Source of the DNA: Bellilinea caldifistulae | GTDB lineage: Bacteria > Chloroflexota > Anaerolineae > Anaerolineales > Anaerolineaceae | Length of the DNA: 32,000 bases | Direction: 5' to 3' | Assembly: GCF_001306055.1 (NCBI RefSeq) | Contig: NZ_LGHJ01000023.1 | Location: forward strand, 40,283-72,282 | Shown: positions 18,751 through 25,034 of the stretch, in pieces | How positions within the stretch are numbered: the first letter of the stretch is position 1 | Layout: each line of letters opens with the position of its first letter | Position numbers and translations under genes: made by a program | Notes under the pieces: model-generated | What the model was told of the DNA's origin: nothing | Databases searched by the model: none | The model's input: the letters and a program-made list of their open reading frames with translations, nothing else

Positions 18751-20190
18751 TCAGGGTGTTAAAGAGGCAGTGGTTTGGGTAATTTCAAAGGCTGCTCTCA
18801 AACCGGATTCAATAGCACCCTGGATCCAGGCATGAAATAACGACGTGTGTTCGCCAGCGAAGTAAATTCGGCCTTCAGGATGACGGATATGATCATAAAG
18901 GAGGGTTTGTTGGCCGGGGTCAAACAGCGCAAAGGCACCACCGGCAAATTCGTCATCGTGCCACATGTAGGAATCACCGACTTCAAACTCATCCTGGGCG
19001 GACGGGTGAATTGCAGTGACATTTTCAAGAGCCTGGTGAAGTCTTTCAGCCGGCGGGAGCGATCCCCAGCGTTGAGCGTCTTCACCCCATGTGTAGGAGG
19101 CTAATAAAACCCCTCGTGGGGTTGATTTACGGGGTTGAGGATAATACATATTGCGTATAGCCAGATCAGTAACCGTGCCGCCTCCCATAATCCCCTCTTC
19201 TTCCCAGAATCGTCGGCGAAATTGAAGGAAAATTTTTGCAGACGCATCATAATGTAATTGTCGAATTGCCTTTTGCTTGCGAGGGCTGAAAGGAGGGATT
19301 ATTTCAATGTGGCGTAAAACCGGAAATGGGAGGGTGAGGATTGCAAAGTCACCCGTTACATTATGTTTACCTGCGATAGAACGAAGGTGAAAGGTTACCG
19401 AAGTTTCGGATTGTTCAATGGCGGTAATTTTTTGACCAAACCAGATGTTTTCTTGAAGTTCTGGTAAAAACGAAAGGGGTAGTTGATCCATAGCCCCCTC
19501 GATAGTGATCATTTCTTTGTAGTATTGCCCTACTTCCTCTCGTAGTAACTCTAAAAAAGAGGAGTTCATGATGGCTTCCTGATTATAGAGCAGCCCAAAG
19601 CGTTCGATGGCGGCTTCTGACCAGCCTTTGATTTCCAAAAATTCGCGGACGGAATACTCGTCATATTCCTGGACAATCGAATCCCAGACGTCAGGGCCTT
19701 CTTTTTCGACTTTCCTGATGAATGGTTGGATGGTTTGTAGCCACAATTGTTCGGCACTTTTTTGTCTCTCCGCTTGAGTTAACTCAAATCCAAAAAATTC
19801 GATGGTTTGTTCTGCTTCATGCATTCGGATTTTTTTTCCATTGAAGTAAGCAAAAGCCAACGGATTGTGGTTGATAAAAGGAATGGTCTTTAGCCTGAAC
19901 TTGTTTATGTATGCCAATGTTAAGGAATGATTTGTGGGAATACGCATCGCGCCCGCTTCCGCAAACAATCCATCCGAGAAGGGATGGCGCAAAGTCAGAA
20001 TGCGGCCTCCGACTCGCTGCTGGGCTTCAATGATTTGAACCTCATAGCCAGCCCGCATTAATTCGCTTGCTGCCACTAAGCCAGCAATACCTGCTCCTGC
20101 GATGAGTACTTTTTGGGGTTGGGAGGTTTTCGGCAATCCTCGATTGATCCACTCTAAATATCTGGATTCGTCCAATAATTTCAGGTTCAT
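18751..20190 (-). CDS. FAD-dependent L-amino-acid oxidase / flavin amine oxidase family protein
   Basis: 479 aa. Dinucleotide fold KVLIAGAGIAGLVAASEL..IEAQQRVGGR. LAAO-like AEAGAMRIPTNHSLTLAYINKF. C-terminal FAGEHTS. Confidence 0.8.
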   Translation of the reverse strand: MNLKLLDESRYLEWINRGLPKTSQPQKVLIAGAGIAGLVAASELMRAGYEVQIIEAQQRVGGRILTLRHPFSDGLFAEAGAMRIPTNHSLTLAYINKFRLKTIPFINHNPLAFAYFNGKKIRMHEAEQTIEFFGFELTQAERQKSAEQLWLQTIQPFIRKVEKEGPDVWDSIVQEYDEYSVREFLEIKGWSEAAIERFGLLYNQEAIMNSSFLELLREEVGQYYKEMITIEGAMDQLPLSFLPELQENIWFGQKITAIEQSETSVTFHLRSIAGKHNVTGDFAILTLPFPVLRHIEIIPPFSPRKQKAIRQLHYDASAKIFLQFRRRFWEEEGIMGGGTVTDLAIRNMYYPQPRKSTPRGVLLASYTWGEDAQRWGSLPPAERLHQALENVTAIHPSAQDEFEVGDSYMWHDDEFAGGAFALFDPGQQTLLYDHIRHPEGRIYFAGEHTSLFHAWIQGAIESGLRAAFEITQTTASLTP

Positions 20191-20286
20191 TTTTATACCT
20201 TCATTTTTTTCTAAGATGAATTATTCGGGTATAATCAGGCTGATTTTATCTTTTATAACATTTTTCTTGACTTCAAGGAATATCCA

Positions 20287-20802
20287 ATGGGACTTGACAC
20301 AGTACAAAATGGGGTTGTTGTGGCGCTCGAATACACCTTATGGGTTGACGGTGAGATTGTGGACGATTCGAATGGGACACCGTTGGAGTACCTGCATGGG
20401 TTTAACAACATTATCACCGGTTTGGAAAACCAGCTCAACGGCTTGAGGGCCGGCGAAGAGAAGGAAATTGTTGTGAAGCCGGAGGATGCCTACGGACAGT
20501 ATCATCCTGAGGCGGTGTTTGAAATGCCGAAATCGCAATTTCCACCCTCTTTTCCACTCGAAATTGGTTATCCCTTCAGGGTGCGCACCGATCAAGGTCA
20601 AATTCTCAATGCGCGAATAATCGGTTTGAAGGACAACGTGGTTGAGATTGATACCAATCATCCACTGGCGGGTAAGGAATTGCGATTTTTTGTTCGGATT
20701 GCGGGTCTGCGGGAAGCCACGGATGATGAATTGCTTTCGGGCAGGGTTGGTGGTGGATGCACTACCTGTGGTTCAACCAGCGGCTGCGAAAGTTGCGGCT
20801 AA
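20287..20802 (+). CDS. slyD: FKBP-type peptidyl-prolyl isomerase, SlyD-like, with a Cys-rich C-terminal tail
   Basis: 171 aa. SlyD blocks (VALEYTLWVDGE, LEYLHG, DTNHPLAGKEL). Tail GGGCTTCGSTSGCESCG (20749-20799). Confidence 0.85.
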   Translation: MGLDTVQNGVVVALEYTLWVDGEIVDDSNGTPLEYLHGFNNIITGLENQLNGLRAGEEKEIVVKPEDAYGQYHPEAVFEMPKSQFPPSFPLEIGYPFRVRTDQGQILNARIIGLKDNVVEIDTNHPLAGKELRFFVRIAGLREATDDELLSGRVGGGCTTCGSTSGCESCG

Positions 20803-20814
20803 GGCGACCCTTGT

Positions 20815-22479
20815 TTATTCGTAAAAAGTAATCCGATCGCGGCCGTTCATTTTTGAGTCATAAAGTGCCCGGTCTGCCCGCTGAAGGAGTTCATCCAGCG
20901 ACAAATCAGGCTCTTTTACATTGCTTGCCAAACCGATGCTCAATGTGATCGGAATAGAAACTCCCCCGGCGGTAACGGGCTGTTGAGCAACGGCTTGCTT
21001 TAATCGTTCAGTCATCCTTCTGGCGCCTTCCGGAGTGGTTTCAGGCAGAAGTATCACAAATTCATCTCCCCCGTAGCGCCCGAGGATATCCACCTTGCGC
21101 AAGACGGCTTGCATGCTGCGGGTGATCTGAATTAACACTTTATCGCCGGTTTTATGCCCGAAGGTGTCGTTCATTTCCTTAAAGTGATCCACGTCAATCA
21201 TCACCAAAGAAACCGGGCGGTGGTAGCGGCAGGCCTGTTCAATGAGGCGTGAAGCAATCTCTAAAAAGTAACGTCGGTTGGCTATGCCGGTCAGGGAATC
21301 CTGGGTGGCCAGCCGTTCCAGAGCTGCCTGAGCCTTTTTGCGTTCTTCGATTTCTTTTTGAAGCGCTACATTTTTGAGCTGATAAATTTCGGCATCTTTT
21401 CGGGCGTTTTCGACTTCGTGAATGACCTCGAGGGTTTTTAATCGGCGATCTTTTTCCTCGTTGTAAACGATTTGATAGACCGCAATATAATTTTCGTAGG
21501 CTTCGAGGGCTTTTGGGTAATTTTCAGTTTTTTTATAGGCCTGTGCTAATGCATGGTGACATTCCATCAATTCGTACTGGGCGTTGATTTCGCTCGCGAT
21601 GGTTAATGCCGACTGCAAGGCTTCTACCGCCGCGGAGATGTTCCCCATGGAAAGGTGAATGATACCAATTTTTCGATGGGCTCTAGCCAATTCAAGGCGT
21701 TTGTCAAACTTTTTAGCGACATCGGCGGAAAGATGAAAGAAATTGAGGGCCAGTCCAAATTCATTTCTTCTGAAATAAACCTCTCCCAAGGTATTCAGCG
21801 CTTCAACCTCACCGCGATGAATGCCTAAGTTCTGGTAGATTTCAACACCGCGGAGACCAGCCTGAACTGCATTTTGATGCCGGCCACATTCGGAAAATGC
21901 CTGACTGAGATAGATCTGAACCGGGGCTTCCAGCTTCAAATCGGTCAGATACTGAGCCAGATCAAGCGCCGTTTCAAGGTGGGGGAGGGCTTTCTCGGCT
22001 TCGCCAAGCAGCAGGTAAAGTTTGCCGAGTTTGACCCGGACAGCGGCCTCGCCGCTTTGATTCTTCAGGTTCTGAAAGGCGGAAAGGGCGCGCATCAGGT
22101 ATTGGAGCGCTTCGGGATACGACCCCATGATCATCATTCCGCTGCCGAGACCGAGTAATGCTTCGGCGGTTTCATGACTGTCAACCGCCGGATTGAAGCA
22201 CTCCAACGCGCTGATGTAGCAGGGAATGGCCTGATCATACGCATCCAGCTCCAGCAGTGCTTTACCCTGGGCAATCAACGCCCGACCGAGAACTTTGCGG
22301 TGCTCCAGACTGGAAGGCGCATTTTCTCCTGCCAGACGAGCCGCTTCGCGGGCAAGCTCGAGTGCACGTTTGGGGTTGCTTTGGGTTAATGGGCCGGTTC
22401 TGCGAAGCAGCGCTTCGATTTTTTGAGCAGTTGCGTTAGGGTTCAGTTCAAGTTGTTGGTTGGGTTGGATTTCGCTCAT
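20815..22479 (-). CDS. TPR-repeat diguanylate cyclase (GGDEF) with an RxxD I-site
   Basis: The track ORF extends to 22614. I prefer the ATG at 22477-22479 (MSEIQPNQ) because GGGGGAAAA lies upstream. TPR-like repeats, a coiled coil, then RKVD-x5-GGDEF. Confidence 0.85.
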   Translation of the reverse strand: MSEIQPNQQLELNPNATAQKIEALLRRTGPLTQSNPKRALELAREAARLAGENAPSSLEHRKVLGRALIAQGKALLELDAYDQAIPCYISALECFNPAVDSHETAEALLGLGSGMMIMGSYPEALQYLMRALSAFQNLKNQSGEAAVRVKLGKLYLLLGEAEKALPHLETALDLAQYLTDLKLEAPVQIYLSQAFSECGRHQNAVQAGLRGVEIYQNLGIHRGEVEALNTLGEVYFRRNEFGLALNFFHLSADVAKKFDKRLELARAHRKIGIIHLSMGNISAAVEALQSALTIASEINAQYELMECHHALAQAYKKTENYPKALEAYENYIAVYQIVYNEEKDRRLKTLEVIHEVENARKDAEIYQLKNVALQKEIEERKKAQAALERLATQDSLTGIANRRYFLEIASRLIEQACRYHRPVSLVMIDVDHFKEMNDTFGHKTGDKVLIQITRSMQAVLRKVDILGRYGGDEFVILLPETTPEGARRMTERLKQAVAQQPVTAGGVSIPITLSIGLASNVKEPDLSLDELLQRADRALYDSKMNGRDRITFYE

Positions 22480-22515
22480 GGTTGATTTTCCCCCTGCAAT
22501 GGTGCAATTTTGATG

Positions 22516-22562
22516 CCGGGGAGTGAAAGTGTTTTCTAAATTCACTCCCCGGCGGTTTTTTT
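22516..22562 (+). terminator. Strong terminator-like hairpin whose T7 tract is on the plus strand, between two minus-strand genes
   Basis: Perfect 12-bp stem: CCGGGGAGTGAA (22516-22527) with TTCACTCCCCGG (22541-22552), 13-nt loop. Followed by CGG and TTTTTTT (22556-22562). Confidence 0.5.
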
Positions 22563-22564
22563 GC

Positions 22565-23071
22565 CTATGGTGTGCGTATTTCGGCTTCCAGGTTGATTTC
22601 ACCCTGTTTTTCAAAAACCAGAGTAAAGGCCAGTTTTTCTCCCGCTTTCAGATCTTTTTTGAGATTGATCAACATGATGTGATAGCCGCCGGGTTTGAGT
22701 TCAACTTTGCTGCCGGCGGGTATATCCACACCATCCACTTTTTGCATCATCATGATATCGTTTTCCATGCGGGTTTGGTGAATTTCGACACTTTCGGCAA
22801 CGTCCGTTTTGGCGGCGATCAGGCGATCATTCTGATTAGATTGATTATAAATTACCATGTAAATTGCGCTATTCGAACCGCCCATGGAATTTTCTCCCTC
22901 TCCCATGCTTCCGGAGTTGCCCATGTTTTCGGAATGGTTTCCCATATCGCCGGAGGGCGATTGAGATGCGGCGCGTGCCCAGGCATTTTCGACAGTGATT
23001 CCGCTCTGTACCGGAGCCGCACAGGCTGTCAGGATGACCAGTAAGGTTGTCAAAATCAAGGCCTTTTTCAT
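22565..23071 (-). CDS. PCu(A)C periplasmic copper chaperone (DUF461) lipoprotein with a Met-rich insertion
   Basis: The ATG at 23069-23071 (MKKALILTTLLVILTAC lipobox) is preceded by AGGAGA. Exact H-x10-M-x21-H-x-M Cu(I) motif (EIHQTRMENDIMMMQ..GGYHIM). Insertion SPSGDMGNHSENMGNSGSMGEGENSMGGSNS at 22868-22963. Confidence 0.85.
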   Translation of the reverse strand: MKKALILTTLLVILTACAAPVQSGITVENAWARAASQSPSGDMGNHSENMGNSGSMGEGENSMGGSNSAIYMVIYNQSNQNDRLIAAKTDVAESVEIHQTRMENDIMMMQKVDGVDIPAGSKVELKPGGYHIMLINLKKDLKAGEKLAFTLVFEKQGEINLEAEIRTP

Positions 23072-23089
23072 TATTGTACTCTCCTGAAG

Positions 23090-23119
23090 TTGATGGAATT
23101 TGTTAAAATATGTTATAAT
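23090..23119 (+). promoter_or_regulatory. Putative sigma70-type promoter for the DeoR-TRASH regulator
   Basis: TTGATG (23090-23095), 18-nt spacer, extended -10 TGTTATAAT (23111-23119). Lies in the 95-bp divergent intergenic region. Confidence 0.4.
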
Positions 23120-23166
23120 TTTACCAAAATATATCTCATTTGTGGAAAAAACCGGAAAGATGTCCA

Positions 23167-23703
23167 ATGATCCGTGAGCTTCGACACCAGAAAATCATCG
23201 AGGTGGTCACCCAAAAGCAGGGAATAACGGTGCAAGAATTGACCAGTCTCCTGAAGGTCTCCGCCATGACCATCCACAGGGATTTACGATTGCTGGAGGA
23301 AAAAGGCATCCTTCAACGGGTGCGTGGCGGGGTCGTAATCGGTCGTCCCGATGAGACCAAAGAGGAAATATGCGGGTATTGCGGTAAAGCGCTGCCTGCC
23401 CGAACCCGGGTGATGCTTTTTGGGGGTTCGGGGCAGGCTGTACCTGCTTGCTGCGTGCATTGCGGGATGGGGTTGCTGCGCCATGAGAGGGAATTAAGCG
23501 CCGGACTGACGGTAGATTTTTTATACGAAACCGTAATTGACTTGGAACGCGGATATTACCTGTATGAACCCCAAATCAAAGTCTGCTGTGTGCCGAGTGT
23601 GCTGGCGTTTGCTGATCGGGGGGATGCCGAAAGAATGCAAATGGGTTTCGGTGGAAAACTATTGAATTATGAAGAATTGAAAAATTGTTTTATTGGTAAG
23701 TAA
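23167..23703 (+). CDS. DeoR-type HTH regulator fused to a TRASH/NosL-like Cys-rich metal-binding domain
   Basis: N-terminus RHQKIIEVV..GITVQELTSLLKVSAMTIHRDLRLLEEKGILQRVRGG is a DeoR-family wHTH. C-x2-C-x22-C-x3-C (CGYC..CCVHC, 23371-23463) fits the TRASH consensus. The C-terminal segment VLAFADRGDAERMQMGFGGKLLNYEEL resembles NosL. Alternative start at 23140. Confidence 0.7.
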   Translation: MIRELRHQKIIEVVTQKQGITVQELTSLLKVSAMTIHRDLRLLEEKGILQRVRGGVVIGRPDETKEEICGYCGKALPARTRVMLFGGSGQAVPACCVHCGMGLLRHERELSAGLTVDFLYETVIDLERGYYLYEPQIKVCCVPSVLAFADRGDAERMQMGFGGKLLNYEELKNCFIGK

Positions 23704-23708
23704 GCCTC

Positions 23709-23945
23709 TCAATCTGTACCCTGCGGCGGAATGGATTGGGCCGATTGATTTAATTCTCTCAAAAAAGTTTCCATGTCCAGTCCGTAATTCCATACTGCGT
23801 CGGCTACAGTATCGAATTTTGACATCCAACACCCGACACAGACCATGTGATGGCGAAGGAATACGGGTATGGTATGGGGGTGCTCACGCATTAAATCGCT
23901 GAGGCGTGATTCGGGGAGAATTAAACCGGAAGGGTGAGTCATCAT
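23709..23945 (-). CDS. DUF1858 / hybrid-cluster-protein-associated redox disulfide domain protein
   Basis: 78 aa from the ATG at 23943-23945. SDLMREHPHTIPVFLRHHMVCVGCWMSKFDTVADAVWNYGLDMETFLRELN matches the small CxxC DUF1858 family pattern. The track ORF extension to 24107 overlaps crp. Confidence 0.65.
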   Translation of the reverse strand: MMTHPSGLILPESRLSDLMREHPHTIPVFLRHHMVCVGCWMSKFDTVADAVWNYGLDMETFLRELNQSAQSIPPQGTD

Positions 23946-24013
23946 AACTTTATTCAGAATACACCTTTTTATGGTAGAAGACTTTGCGCCAAAGCAACTT
24001 ACCAAGGATAATT

Positions 24014-24709
24014 TCAGGTTTCTTCTTCGGCAATTTTGACCAAACCGTGTGGATGAAGGATGAGAATGCGTTCGCGGCCGGCCTGAATCAGACCCTGGGA
24101 TTCCCATTGTGAAAGTGTGCGGCTGACCGTGTAGAGGGTGGTACCGACCATTTCGGCAAGGTCTTGCCGGGAGAGCGGCAGGTTGACCTCCACTCCGCGT
24201 GGGGTCTTTACCCCCGTTTGATGGGCAAGGCGCAGGATCATACGCGCCAGCCGGCGTTCTACCCGCTGAGTGGCAATTTCAGTGAAGCGTTGTTGAAATT
24301 CCTGGACATGCTCCGCCATGATTTTGACGGCGTTGACCGCCATTTGCGGAAACCTGCCGAGCAGCTGACTCAGAACGGTTTTCCCCCACACCAGTGCGGT
24401 ACAGGCTTCTACCGCCTGAGCGGAAACCGGATAGGTCTCGTGATCCGCCAGAGCCACAGCGCCAAAAGGAGTGACCGGGACGATGATGCGCAGGAGAATT
24501 TGCTGACCATCAGCGGTGAATTGAGTAAGCCGGACTTTGCCTTTGGTCAGAACGTAAAAAGCTTCGGCGGGGTCATCCTGCATGAAGTAGAACTCTCCCG
24601 CCTGGATATGCTGCTGTCGGGCGGTTTTGAGGATCTGGCGGATCTCTTCCTCAGTCAGCTTATTGAACAGAGTCAGGTCTTCCAGCCGGGAGACGGGTTG
24701 AAATGGCAT
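24014..24709 (-). CDS. Crp/Fnr family transcriptional regulator, with no FNR-type N-terminal Cys cluster
   Basis: 231 aa. cNMP-binding beta-barrel followed by the C-terminal HTH (RQDLAEMVGTTLYTVSRTLSQWE). Confidence 0.85.
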   Translation of the reverse strand: MPFQPVSRLEDLTLFNKLTEEEIRQILKTARQQHIQAGEFYFMQDDPAEAFYVLTKGKVRLTQFTADGQQILLRIIVPVTPFGAVALADHETYPVSAQAVEACTALVWGKTVLSQLLGRFPQMAVNAVKIMAEHVQEFQQRFTEIATQRVERRLARMILRLAHQTGVKTPRGVEVNLPLSRQDLAEMVGTTLYTVSRTLSQWESQGLIQAGRERILILHPHGLVKIAEEET

Positions 24710-24715
24710 GGGGTG

Positions 24716-24724
24716 ATTTTAGCA
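24716..24724 (-). promoter_or_regulatory. Extended -10 element positioned for a leaderless crp transcript
   Basis: The minus strand reads TGCTAAAAT with 6 nt between the -10 and the A of the ATG (24709). There is no Shine-Dalgarno sequence and no convincing -35. Confidence 0.3.
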
Positions 24725-24848
24725 CGATTTGACCTCGCGGTGGGACTCTGGCATTGATCGCGGACGCCAAATGTCATCTGCTGAAGGTGACGAATTACCC
24801 GAACGGCATTTGGAACGATTTTTTAAGAAATTTTTAACCAGTTTTTAG

Positions 24849-24877
24849 TTGACGAAAGACGCCGGTTTTGCTATGAT
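24849..24877 (+). promoter_or_regulatory. Putative sigma70 promoter of the beta-helix surface protein gene
   Basis: TTGACG (24849-24854), 17-nt spacer, TATGAT (24872-24877) with TG at -15/-14. Phased T-tracts upstream start at 24819, 24831 and 24842. Confidence 0.45.
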
Positions 24878-24884
24878 TTATGTT

Positions 24885-24938
24885 GAATTTACGCAGAATT
24901 TACGGGGAATTTACCAATTTTTTATGTGATTTTTACGG
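24885..24938 (+). repeat. Three exact GAATTTAC direct repeats with 11-bp phasing, plus a degenerate fourth copy
   Basis: GAATTTAC at 24885, 24896 and 24907. GATTTTTACGG at 24928. The repeats begin about where transcription from the predicted promoter would start. Confidence 0.6.
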
Positions 24939-25034
24939 AGGTGAAGACAGGGGGAGAACATCGTTGTTTCTTGCGGGTAGAAACCAAAACCATCCAAATC
25001 ATTTCAAGTCCATAAAAAAGTGGAGGATTGAGAC

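Noticed and set aside
22480-22614. 45-codon N-terminal extension of the GGDEF ORF, and the 173-aa plus-strand ORF 22523-23044
   Set aside because: The extension spans the strong hairpin and the PCu(A)C stop and has no Shine-Dalgarno sequence, whereas the ATG at 22479 has GGGGGAAAA upstream. The plus-strand ORF is antisense to the PCu(A)C gene, which carries an exact Cu(I) motif.
24164-24757. 197-aa plus-strand ORF
   Set aside because: It is antisense to the Crp/Fnr gene and has no recognisable domain. It is a shadow ORF in a region of about 58% GC.
24710-25034. Possible c-di-GMP riboswitch or Crp/FNR box upstream of the surface-protein gene
   Set aside because: I looked for GEMM-I-like blocks (GGCAAACC, ACGCAAAGC), and for TTGAT-N4-ATCAA and TGTGA-N6-TCACA. 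No convincing match by eye. An Rfam scan would be needed to exclude a riboswitch properly.
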